Shown here piece after piece: positions 33,984 to 45,779 of a stretch of 64,000 nucleotides of DNA (position 1 is its first letter; each line of letters opens with the position of its first letter). The notes beneath the pieces were generated by a model, which made no database searches, had not been told where the DNA came from, and saw only the letters and a program-made list of their open reading frames with translations. The stretch is from positions 18,542,857 through 18,606,856 of the forward strand of contig OZ316893.1 in the NCBI GenBank assembly GCA_973895155.1, read 5' to 3'. Both the position numbers and the translations under genes were made by a program. The DNA comes from Marsupella aquatica. Taxonomy: Eukaryota > Plantae > Marchantiophyta.

Positions 33984-34507
33984 ATAGATGCAACACTAGC
34001 AAATTGTCAATCTTGAGTGGCTTTATTCAACCCAAAATCCAACTCCCAAGTCTTAGTGATCTGAAAACAAAATCATATTGATAATTTGGATCATGTTTAC
34101 TTGAATATAGTATCATACCACTTGGGAATAGTCTCAACAAACTTTGAAGGAAACCGTTCATTACATTGCAAGTCAACAAAGGGGACTTCACGGGTTGTGT
34201 CCGCAACACCCAAAGTTCTCACCAACCAAATGCATTTGCAATTCTTCTTTTTACATTCCTCCTCTTGAATATCATGTAGAGGAATCCAATGTGCAGGTTC
34301 TCGCTCTTGTGTAGCACTAACATGGTGGAGCTTGATCCCATATCTCTCTCATGTACTCATTTAGAGACTCTACCATCTTTGCATTTTCTGTAGAAACAAC
34401 TCAAAACCTCAGAGGTTGACCAATCACTTTGCATTTGAGATGTGGGTTAGCTGAAATATTGGGAGAGGCTTATGGAAGCATTGTCTAGGGGAGGGATTGA
34501 GGGTTGC

Positions 34508-36833
34508 CATGGTATTGGTATTGGTATTGGTAATGTATTTTAAGCTCCGTACCATAAAAGTCAAGGAAGCTGCAACAAAAGTGAAAGTATGATGCAAAGG
34601 AATGAGCAATCAATGAAAGATTGCTCACTTGAGGATCTATATGTCCTCTATCAAACTAAGGACCTAAAGAGTCCTTGAGATGTTCCAAACCTTCTCTCCA
34701 TTCTTTATTCCAACTTGGTCATCACACAACCACCTGGAGAAAATTGGATGCATCATGGGGTGGATACAAAGGTATATTCCATGACACCTCATTTTCTGCA
34801 AGTTGGAGCAGCTTGTGGCCTTAGAATATTAAATGGGATTGAAAGATTCTCCCACTCTTCAGATTTCACATTCAAATCCATGCAAGGGAGTCATACCATT
34901 GACTATCGGGTCCACCTTCCTCTGCTGTTAGAGACATAATTTACCCTAGTTGTTTCATCTTAACTTGGTCCTACCTCAAAGACACAAAACAACCAAGCAA
35001 GCTTCTAGGATGCAATTCGTTTTTAGATTATGAGAAGGTGGACATTTTTAGAGCTGAGATTGAGGCACTTCTTCACCCCATTCTACTGTTTTAGAGCTTT
35101 CAAAATTGGTGGTTAAGCGGGTGGTTAAGCAACAGCGCACATCTTCTCTAGAAGGTCCCATTCTAAAGACAAAAGATGAAAGCATGGTTTGATGAAGAGT
35201 GTAGACAAGCTAGAGAAAAAGCTATGTCACAACAGAGGATACAAAGTTGTTGCATTGAGGATGTAGAGTAATTTCATCAAACACTACATATGGTGTTCTA
35301 TAAGGTAATAAAAGCAGGTACTTTGAGTTTCATAAGAATCCAAGGCTTTTTGGGCAGATGCTTACAGCGAGGAGAGAAACTTCTCGCTTAGACCAACATG
35401 AACTGTTAAGCTTGCAAAATCTCTGCACTTCTATCCTGATGCTGCCCGCATGCCTTTGGAGTTTGGAGCACAAATTTGGGGCACACATTTTGGGGCACGT
35501 GTGGCTAAATCAGGGTGGCAACACGTTGAGGGGATCCAAATCTTTTCTTTGAGATGGAGCTTGAGGTTAAGTCACAAACTCCATATGCCCTGACACTTGG
35601 AGAAGCAGGATTTTTCCCATTGGTTTGAGGCACTCTTCCAAACACTCAAATACATCATGTGTGTAAGAGAGTTAGAGGAAGACCATAGATTTCCTTTTCA
35701 TGCCTTGCGGTCATCTTTTGCTAAAAGTTGGTATACAAATGCTTGTAGGTGGGCTCATGCTTGGGACTTTCCTAGTCGCGGAACTTGACTACCTTAACAC
35801 TTAGCTCCGGCGTCACTAACTCTGATGTCGAGCTCCCCTATGGTCCAAGCCTGGAAGACCATCCAAGGAGGACTTAGAATGGGGAGACTTGTGGGAAAAG
35901 GGGCGTGGCACTGGCAAAGGTAAGGCGCTAAGCTGGTGACACATACTAAGGACTCAGACTAGTTGAGGGCTGGTCAGGTCATGAGAAAGAGCCGGCCTCA
36001 AGGTTGACACTCCGGACCCCTGGACAGACTTTGAGTTGTGAGGGCTTGAGTGAGAGCTCCTCTTGGGCCCAAGCATCTCTTACCGGACCGTATTCAAGTT
36101 CAATCTATTTACCAATGTGTGTTGAACTTGAATTAGGATGCTAGACTTGGGGAGATCTAGATCATGTTGGGTTACCTACCGGAGTACTTGGTTGCTTGTG
36201 CAGACAGTGAGGACCGTTGAGCAACGATCGTGTTAGGGAGCAAGTGTGGCTTTGTATGGGAGTGGCCGTCGGGGGGGTGCAAGGGACATTAAATTGCTTG
36301 CTCAAGGAGTTCCGGGGAGGCATTTGGGCACCAAGGGCACTTAGGCGTGGGTGCTGGGATTGGTGAGGGCACTGGGTGGAAAGGCCCACCACTCTCTTAA
36401 ACATGAATGGCCAACACCCCTAACAAAGCATAGATCAACACTTGAACAATAGGCTATGCACAAACTTTGGCATGATCAACTTTGGCATGTTCCTAGCCCC
36501 TGGCTGCAATATTGCATTATTATTACCAATATTGCACAAGGAATGTGAGAAATACGGAGAACAAGAATACCTGTCTATAACTATTTTAGTACAGCTGAGA
36601 CATATGATTGCTTGCTATATGGTAATGGTAAATAAATGTTTAATTATAGACTTAGTTCACACCATCTTGAAGTAGAACAAGAGAGATAGAAGGGTATTGA
36701 GAGATAAATAGTGTTTGTCAACTTTGTGATAGCTCTAGTATAGAGAATGAATATGATGTTTTCATTGCTTTCAAGTTTTATGAGGGTGTCAAACGCATCT
36801 CAGATCTTGGTCAAAGATTTGTATGCATTGTTC
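34508..36833. mobile_element. Old RTEX-like LINE copy: minus-strand 3' end plus inverted, internally deleted body
   Basis: 34508-34710 on the minus strand matches the LINE ORF2 end and 3' UTR, with a (CAATAC)n tail. 34736-36833 on the plus strand matches LINE positions ~990-1720 and ~2820-3535. Interrupted at 35774-36393. Confidence 0.8.
35774..36393 (+). mobile_element. Internally deleted AGT...ACT solo-LTR-like element inserted in the old LINE
   Basis: AGTCGCGGAACT...CCCACCACT; host LINE sequence (..TTTCCT | AACATGAATGG..) resumes after 5 extra bases (TTCCT/CTCTT). Confidence 0.8.
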
Positions 36834-37399
36834 AAATTCCAACTTCTGTTCTCTCCATAGATTCTCCAGCTTTCCTCTCCAGCTTTCCTCTCAGAGTAGT
36901 TTCCTCTCCATCAATTCACCCAGTTTTCCTCTCCATAGATTCTGAATGCGCTTCCACAGATCTCAGTCACTACCACAAAGTCCTCATTGGACCAAACTTG
37001 AAATACTTTCAAGCAGCGCAATGTGTCCCCCACACTCCATCTGCCAGGAATCGCCCCTGCTTTGTGCACTGTACAACGTGCCCATTTTATTTCTTAAGAA
37101 TTTCTTCACCATAGTATAGGTCTTTCCCATATCCCTGATCCTGTTTCTTCACTATGAGCTCATTTGGATTCTTGAACTGAGTTTTTTTAGCCACCCAATG
37201 GCTCTCACCAAACCCAACACCTTGCCTAAGTACTCTTGATGCCAAACGCCCGCACAAACCTCCTTGAGCAAGCAACTTGGTGCCTCTATCACGGCCAGCC
37301 GTAACTCCCATACAATTCAAAGTCGTACTTGCTCCTTAGCATGACTGTTGTTCAACGGCCCCTACTGTGTTGTGATGCCGCCAGCACAGCTGGTAATGA

Positions 37400-40380
37400 G
37401 TACTCCGGCCTAATCCGTGCTGAGCACGTACGAAGTGGACTTAGTAGTCCATAGTTATTAGCATAGTGACATGAAATTAGTTAGTAATGATGAATAGAAC
37501 AAGTTTAGTCAATAAAGAGCATTCACGCTCGCGCTGGTGGCGCTGTGCCTTACGTACCGTCGGATTAGGAGCGCATTATCAATGACTGTCCGCCTTGGAT
37601 CCGTATAACTGATCCGGAGGCGGCCCTCTGGCATGCCCTGACCCGGACCTGAGGAGTGGTCGGTACACCTTGGGCATGAGGATCTCGGCCTATCACAAGC
37701 AGGAGGAATCGATCGGTCAACATGCCACAAGGGTATAAAAGGAGGGCTCTTCCCCGTCTTGTGTCACTAGTGCACTCCGCGCGCCAGCTTTGATCCCAGC
37801 TCTTCTGTTTTTTCCCTTAGCAATCCAACACACCTTGCTATAAGTCTGTCATGGTTATGTCCAGTTCTGCCATTTGCTTTTGGTTCCAATTTCTGGGTAT
37901 TGGTAACCATCTTGCAAAAATGCTCGCCGAGCACAACCCGCGCAAGTATGAAGCCAAAAGATAGTACAAACAACTTATCCGTTTGAACGGGCGCTCTCAC
38001 TACAACAACGACCTCAACCTTCCCTTTGAGAGCAAGTACTGTCGGGATGAGGAGATCGCCAAATTCTTCTTTGACGGTACAAAGTACCTCAGCTTTGGAG
38101 AAGCGCTCCTTTGACTTCCGGATGAGGTCTTCAAGATCCCGGGCACGGTGGACTTGCAGCGTCATCACTTTGATGACATACCCGCCAAGGTGCAGTCCTT
38201 CCTTGACTATCGGTTTGGCAGTCCAAATTTGGGCGGGTCGTCAATTCTAGCATTGCTCGGCTTCCTATCCAAACTGTTGGGTCCTATGGCGCCCCCTCCA
38301 GCTACACTTGCAGCCAACTTGCCAGCATCGGCACAAACACCGCCTTGGCCTCACTCAAGCCGCTCCCCACCACCGGTCGCACCGCCCCCTTGGGTATGAT
38401 TCGTGGTAAATGCGATAAACATCAGTTTAGAGGATGAGGAGGCTCATCCACCCCTTGTTTGGAGACCACCAGGGATGCACCAACACGGGACGGGTAGCAC
38501 ATCGCTGTCCGCACAAGCCCAAACCCAAGATGCAGCCTTGATGGACAACACGGTGACGGTTGCAGCGCCGGCACCCATTCTAACGGCAGTAGCACTACCC
38601 CTGCCGGATAGGGAAGATGGGGAGATATCCCCTTCTATAAGCCATCCTGGGAACCAATCTTGGGGAAGGAAGAGGAAGGAGCCGGCTGCAGTATCTGGCT
38701 TACCCGCGGCCACCTGCTTTTGTGCCAGACTCGACGGTTTTTGAAACCCTGGATGCCCAAAACCAGGCCCGTGCAGTTACAGCCGATCAGGTTGAAGCCG
38801 GCCCCGAACCCGAGGCCGTCATCCCGGAGGAAGCCACGGTACCCTCCGCACCTGTCCAAGTGGATCCCCTTGCTGGACACCCCTCCCCGTCTATCCTTAC
38901 TACCTTGGATCTGGACGTAACAACCCCGGCCTCTGCCCGAGTAGAGGTCTGTCCCTGCCCTAACCCGACTAGGCACAACCTGGTGAACCCGGAACTCTTT
39001 GCACCAGGCACGTATTTGAATGGGCTGCTAGGCGACTTCTCATAACAAATTAGTTGGGAAATGGGGGAGTTCATGGCCCGCAAGGTGGCTTACTTCTTCA
39101 GTCAAGAGCTGGTGGCGGCGGTGAAGGTAGGGCTGAAGCCACAACAAAGATTGAGCGGTATCAGGTTGAGGCAGCCCAACTCTTAGACAAAGCCTCACAC
39201 CGAGCTACAACTTCTTTGGCCTCAACTTGCGACCGCTGTGGCCCAGGTCGCTGACATTGAAGCCAAGTTAGCCTTAGCCGCCCAAGCCAGAGCCAAAAAG
39301 GACTCCAAAATCTCACGGCTTTGGGTCCAGATTGACAGCTTGAAAGGGCAAGCTGTAATCTAGCAGAAGGACGTAGAGGAGGCCGACGCTTGGGCCCAAA
39401 GGGATACAGCCAAGGTAGATGCCCTAAAGGCGGAGGTGGCATAGCTTTGACAGGAAGCCACTAAACAAGACCAACTGGTGGCAAAGCTGACAAGCGACGC
39501 CCAACAGTTGGAAGAGGCGTGTCAGGAGGCCGCAGAGGAGACGAATGCGGCAAAACGAGAGAATGATTCTCTCTTGGACCAAGTCCAGATCCTCAAGCAA
39601 GATGTCGACCGGCTGAGGAGGCAATAGGACGGTCGCTCCAAGTCCCACTTGGGCGGGTCTGGCAAACGTGCCAGAGATAAGGTGGCACGGCAAGTTTAGA
39701 ATAGTGTAGATTTAGCTGAGGAACTTGGACACTACATACAAACGCCAAAACTAGTTAGCGGCGCTGTCAACCTTCTTTTAGCATAGAATCTTAGTGTAAT
39801 GACAAGTCATTTTGCGGCCTGGCATTTAGCTAAAATTAGAATAGGCTAGAATTTGAGCACGTAACTGTTCCTAGCCATGACTCTTAGTTAGTATTTAGTG
39901 CACCCCCGGTGGAGGTACCGGGGGGGAGACTTTAGGTTTTGAATTGGGTATCCGCGGATGTGCGGGGAGTCCCAACCTTAGTGAATGAAAGAGTACCACG
40001 GAGTGAGGGTACGACTAAGCTCGCCGGACAAGTGCAGAGCCGGGCTCTATTGTAGTGTATGCAATAGTGCGCACGGGGTGACGACTGCGGATATTGGTTG
40101 CAAGCACGGGTTAGATACCAGTATCATTGGATCCGGATTGGAGGTGGATAGCGCAAAGGCTTAGAAGTCCTTAAGTCGGGGTCAATCCAACCATTGACTT
40201 AAGGTACGTTCCGGCGGCGGAATACAAAATATACCTATGATGTGTGTAAACTTAAAATTGGACGCGGGTAGCTTCAAGTTACGGGAGTAAGTGCAGTTCA
40301 CACATCCCTCCTTGCCGGAAACCTCAATATTTACAAAGCTTGTGGCCGCCTAAGCCAAAATCCGTGTAAGGGCGACTCTT
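37400..40380 (+). mobile_element. Probable LTR-retrotransposon-derived segment with a decayed Pro-rich/coiled-coil accessory ORF
   Basis: LTR-like TATA context GGGTATAAAAGGAGGG at 37731; broken GC-rich reading frames 38026-39690; related fragment at 18050-18260. Boundaries uncertain. Confidence 0.45.
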
Positions 40381-40399
40381 TTGGCATGACATATGGGCA

Positions 40400-41025
40400 C
40401 ACGCAACCAACCGCATTGGTAAGTAACCCGCCCTGATATTGGATTTCAAGACCAATGGTCTTGCCTTAAGTTCAACAGCCATTAGTAAGTAGTGTCACCA
40501 GATAGAGTCTCCCAGGCCCGCATGGCCTTGCCATAAGCTAAAGCTAAGGTTGACACCCATTGTTTGTCCAAACAGCCCCTTCTACCAGATGCTGCCCAAG
40601 CTTCCCCACTTTCTATCCATCATCGGCTGACCATGCTCTAGGACATGCCCATGGCCCACCTAGCTAACTTGTCCCAAACGTCAAGACCAGTTTGGCCCCG
40701 ACTCAAGCAACCATCTCTACGGCTCCATCTAAATCAAAAGTCCAAGGGCAAGATGCATTTGGACCTCAACATCCGCGCCCATTCTGTGTTGCCTCCCCAA
40801 TGCAATCTCCCATGGGAAATTGAATGCAACCTGGCTGCTCTTTCTGTAAGACCGGCAAGCAAGCAAGATAGCCCTTGCAAAATGAGAGGACCAAAGGCAC
40901 CCTCAAACTAAGTTGAAATCAGGAGGACATAATTAACCTCAGGAGCTTTCCAATGCACCCAAGAAGTACTTTAATGGACTTCTTGTTGAGGAGATATTGT
41001 AGTTTCTGTTTGACATTTCCCGTTA
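40400..41025 (-). repeat. Strongly diverged internal part of the AGT...ACT repeat family
   Basis: Collinear similarity to ~59085-59712, e.g. GGTAAGTAACCC, TTGCCTCCCCAA.GCAA.CTCCC.TGGGA and GAGCTTTCCAA.GCACCCAAGAA. Confidence 0.65.
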
Positions 41026-42028
41026 GTAGCTCTAGGCTCTTAATTTCTTGGTTCCAATCATGTTTGGTTCTGCGCATGTCATTCTAGCTTTTGGTTTTGG
41101 TCATCAATTGTCTCGCCTTGACATTCACTGCATAGCTTCATTCATCAACAAACTTCTCTCTTTTCTTCACTTCTCCTCTCCTCTTTCCTTCTCTCCTCTC
41201 TTCTCTTCTCCTCTCTTCTCTTCTATTCCTTCCCTAGATCTTCCCTCCTCATGTTGATGCTCCAATCCCATACAAAAAGAACTTCCTATTATTTCCTCCT
41301 TCTCTAGCCATCCTTACTTTTAAGACTTCACACTTCTAACACTTTAACCTAAGCTAATTGAAGGAGAATTCTCAATCTGGTCTCCGCATACCAGACTTTG
41401 CTTCTTTCAGTTTGGCTCATTCCTTTATGTTCTCAAGCATAGTGTTGTTGTATAAACCAATTGCAGAACAAAAGGGTTTAATAGGACTTCCTCGCTTCCC
41501 ACTTTTAAATTATGTCCTTTCATATTCTTTTGTAGTCATAACCTTTCCCCTCAAGTTTTCATATAAAAGCATGGTTGTTTTCCACTGTTATAGTTGTTTT
41601 TCATTCAGGAATTTGAGTCTTGTTCTTCTCTTTACAACAAACCCGACTCCAACAACTAGCAACACTTCCTCTGAAATTCTCTTTTCAGCTTAGTTGTCAT
41701 TTGTTTTCTCAACTTCAATTTGGTAAAACTCTGCTGGCCTTGATTCTTCCTCCTATTTCATTCAGAGATTGACGTTAGAACCACATCGCTCCTTTCATCC
41801 TTGGGAATCCGCACTTCTCCCAACTAAAAAGTTTTCCAAAAGAAAACTTCCACCAATCAATCAAATCCAGCAGTCCTCTTTACACTTTCCTTGACGTTTT
41901 TCCCTTCATGCAGTTGACACCATATTGATCTCATTTGTCACTACACAATTGTTGCTCATTTCATTCTCACTAAGCAGAAGCTTCTTCAAAGTACACTTCG
42001 TGAATAGTTTCACCATCGAGTCAATGAC

Positions 42029-43106
42029 ATGTGCCATGGCCAGCCCATCATCCCATTCTTGAGCACACTAATCACTTGGACACCTCCTCGAGATGGTATT
42101 ACCTTGCTAGAGTTTTTTGGTGGCATTTCTACAGGCCTAGAGGGGGTCTTGCAGTCTGGCATGATGGTGAAAAGGTACATCTATGTGGACACTAACCCAT
42201 ATGCAAGGAAGGTGGCTCAATCACAGATGCTGGAATTTTCAACTAGGTTCCCACAGCAGTTTACACCTAGTCCATGGAAGGCAAGTTTCACTCTCTTTCC
42301 TCCTGATGTTCAGTTGATACAGCAACAACACATAGAGCTACTTGGTTCCTTGGCCCTCATCATTGCTGGATGGGAATGCCAAGGCTTCTTTGTTGCAGGT
42401 TCTGGAGCTGGGTTGAGTGATCCCCGGTCAGCACTCTTCATGGACCTGGTACATCAACTAGGCTCAGGCTCTTTACCCTGGTGTTGGTTATATCATTCAG
42501 AACACACCCTCTCAATTTGACCAATGAAAGAACATACAAGAGGATTTTCTTCTAGTCCAACGCTATCTTGGTCCACCATTCTTGATTGATGCAGCCCAAT
42601 GTGGGTCTTATGCGCATTGTTTACGTAATTTTTGGACCAATATTGCACGTATTAGCTTACTACAGTTGGCTCTAAAACATACGGTCAAGGACCCTACATT
42701 ACAGGTGGACCAGATTTTGAATGCTAATAGCTCTTGTCAGCCCTTCACTCGGCAAGAGAGAGCACCTTGGTACCCTGCTAACACCATTGGGGAGCCAAGA
42801 GGTGCTTGGCCCACCTTTGTTTCATTTCCTGGCACCCATGCCTACCAAGGGGATGGACCAAGGCTGGTCTACCATCACACTTTGGATACATGGGATGAGC
42901 CAAGGCCAGAGGAACGAGAGCGAGCTATGGGTTTCCAAACTGGCACTACTGGTGATGTTAAAGTGACTAGGCTAGAGAGAAATTCTCTTCTTGGCAGAGT
43001 CATGGATCTTAATGCTTTAACATGGCTTTTGGTTACCTGTATTCTTTTCCAGATGCATATTTTTTCCTCTAACCTTAATGAAGTTCTTACCTACTTAGCA
43101 TCCTGA
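42029..43106 (+). pseudogene. C5 cytosine DNA methyltransferase domain (frameshifted)
   Basis: Motif I LLEFFGGISTG, IV LIIAGWECQGF, VI YIIQNT, VIII GSYAHCLRNFWTN, IX EPRPEERERAMGF, X NSLLGRVM. Confidence 0.9.
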
Positions 43107-43110
43107 TGAA

Positions 43111-43147
43111 GTCCCGGAGCTTATAATACATTACCATTACCATTACC
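43111..43147 (+). mobile_element. Extremely 5'-truncated (37-bp) insertion of the RTEX-like LINE
   Basis: GTCCCGGAGCTTATAATACATTACCATTACCATTACC matches the LINE 3' end at 3740-3772; AAGT on both sides (43109-43112 and 43148-43151). Confidence 0.85.
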
Positions 43148-44429
43148 AAGTACATTTACCCATCCTCTCCACTCTACGTTTCACTCCTAGTGTTGGGGGG
43201 GAGAGGTACCCTATAATGTGACTGAAATTTCAAAATCAGAGCATGGCATGGACCAGATCACACCTGGCAAAGAGGCAAGCACATCAAGTTCTTCTAGTAC
43301 ACCAATTAGCTCTACGCCATGCGTTGCAAATTTCCAGTTTATGATGGGTAATCAGTTGAGTAAGAAGCAATGGGATCAGGTCAATTTGCTGTTGAGCTAT
43401 GAGGATGTGTTTGCTTTCTCAATGAGAGACTTGGGCAAGTGCAAGGTGATGCAATTATCCATTGAGCTGACCGATGAGAGACCTATTTATCGGCAGAGAC
43501 ACCGGTTGAGCAAGCATGAGTGGCAGCTGGTGGATGAGAGATGCTTTATGAAGTATGTCTTATGTTGCCGGGGTGGAGCACAGGGAAGCAACAAACCCAA
43601 GCCAAGATTATGCATCCGGACCAGTCTTCTCCCTTGATGAGTGACGTGCTTGGCTTAAGGCGAGCAAACTAACCTTGAAAACTAGTTGAGAATCCTCTTC
43701 TATAGCCCTGGGTTACCAAGCTTCACACCAATGTAGACTGATTACCAATAATATTTCCTACGACCCTTGCACTATTGCTACTGCATGGAAAGCCCCTCGG
43801 AGATTCAAAGGACTTATCCACCATTGATCAAAAAGGGGTACCAAGGCACAGATTAATTTGCGGAAGGCATGGCTATGCATAGTTCTTGTGGTCCTAACCT
43901 TCAGTTTTGGAGTCCTTTTTACAAGCTTCCGCACCCGACATCCTATCATGATTGTAGCTCTTCATCCTTACTCCTGTCATAGGCAAGACACATAGTCATA
44001 AAATGGTCTAGCTCATCCGACCTTGACACCAGTTCAGACAATCTGCAATACAAGGGAAAACAGCCTCCTGTTGTCACTATTGTTAGTATCCCAACCTTAC
44101 TTCCTCAACAACAATCTCCATTGGGAATTCAACAAGGACTGACTTATCAGAATGGGAAAAGAACATTGCACATCAACGCGGTTCTGCTTGCAAGAATGCA
44201 CACCATGTAATTGAATAATGTTCTCCCCCCTTTTTCCACTTTAGTCCAGGGGTTTAAATACTTTACAATCTATCCTAAAAATGGGGGTAATGGCCACCTT
44301 GATCCTAACAAGCTATTTCCTCTTCCTAACCTAGTTCTATTTGCCGATCTTTCAACCTTCTTGTAAAGCAGGTGGCAGCCCTAATTCTCTTTTATGCGCG
44401 GCCTCCCACTTGGTTGCCTCTGCATCCCC

Positions 44430-44982
44430 ATACTACATGAGAGATGTGAACCCCATGAAGAAATATCGAGAACAAGAATACTTATCTAGCACTATCTCAG
44501 TACAACTTAGACAACTTATTGCTCAGTATAGACTAAGCTCACACCACCTTGAAGTAGAACAAGGGAGATGGAAGGATATTGACAGGAAAAAGAGGGTTTG
44601 TCAACTATGTGATAGCTCTAGTATAGAGAATGAATATCATGTATTCATTGCTTGCAAGTTTTATGAGGGGGTTAGGATGGCATCTCAAATCTTGGTGAAA
44701 GATTTGTATGCATTGTTTGGTCTGCCCCCTCAACAACTTGGAAGATATATCTTTGCGGTGGATAGGGAAAGGAGAATAGGTTTGGAAAATCTTTCAGGGC
44801 TCTCTAGGTCCATAGGGCTCTCTAGGTCCATAGTTTCTTTGAGGACATAGTTGTCCTCTTCTGAGCAATCTCTTTTGGTTGCTCTTTTCTTTGATTGCAT
44901 TGTACTTTACTTTTTGTGGCAGCTCCTTTGACTTTCATGGTCCCGGAGCTTATAATACATTACCATTACCATTACCATTACC
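44430..44982 (+). mobile_element. 5'-truncated RTEX-like LINE copy (~550 bp)
   Basis: Near-identical to 3248-3772 (one substitution seen, plus an 18-bp tandem duplication); ends in (CATTAC)n. Confidence 0.95.
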
Positions 44983-45779
44983 TTGCCACCACTGCATCCA
45001 TTCGATGGCGAGCCTAGCGCTGCAATGCAGCTCATTTTGCTGAATTAGGCTTCGTTCTTCCCTTTCCCCCGACGTCTCACCCGCGATCACCCACTAAACA
45101 GCTTCCACATAATCATACCTTTACACTGCCTCTCACCATTAAGATCCATGTTGACCTTGCCTACTTGTCCGGATCGATCTCGTACCTCAATTAAGGAACG
45201 CGCAAAATAGTACCACCAGAAGTAGCGAGGATCCGCAAGTGAATGCCCAAAAGGATATCGACGTGTAAGGGCATTTATCCATTGCCAGAGTTGAGCTAGA
45301 AGGCTTAATGGTGGGTCGGCTTCATGCTAGGGCAGCCGCATCCTGACCTGGGGATTGTGCTGCCACATCAAGTGATATACAACTATAGGGTTGGTCTCCA
45401 AGTATAGACCAAACCCGTCCTCATCTACAAGCTCCCGGAAGAACTGGTGTGGCGTCCAAAAGGTCGCAGGTCCAAAGTAATTTCCTAATCTATAATTATG
45501 TACACTTGCTTCTAACCATCTAATTACATTCTCCGTAGGGGTTACCCTTTCCCAAAATGATGTCTTCTCCCTTTACCCACACGTAAATCAGTCGAATCAA
45601 AGGGAAACTTGTCAGTTCAGATAGTATCCCCCGCACAGGCCACTACGGCCGGATCCCTACCTAGCGAATAAAAATGAGTCATGGTAAATTGGGGTAAGAC
45701 GGTAAGATCTATAAAGCTCATCCACTCGTTGGATACTATAAGGTGGGAGGTGAAGTAGGGATTGAAGATCACACGCATC

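Noticed and set aside
36960-37400. Host gene exon on the minus strand
   Set aside because: Multiple stops in the frames examined and no recognisable domain.
44341-44850. Independent 169-aa gene
   Set aside because: It is the LINE ORF2 C-terminus fused by chance to upstream flanking sequence.
44414-45000. Target-site duplication around the 550-bp LINE copy (TTGCC...TGCATCC on both sides)
   Set aside because: The match needs indels and mismatches, which does not fit such a young insertion.
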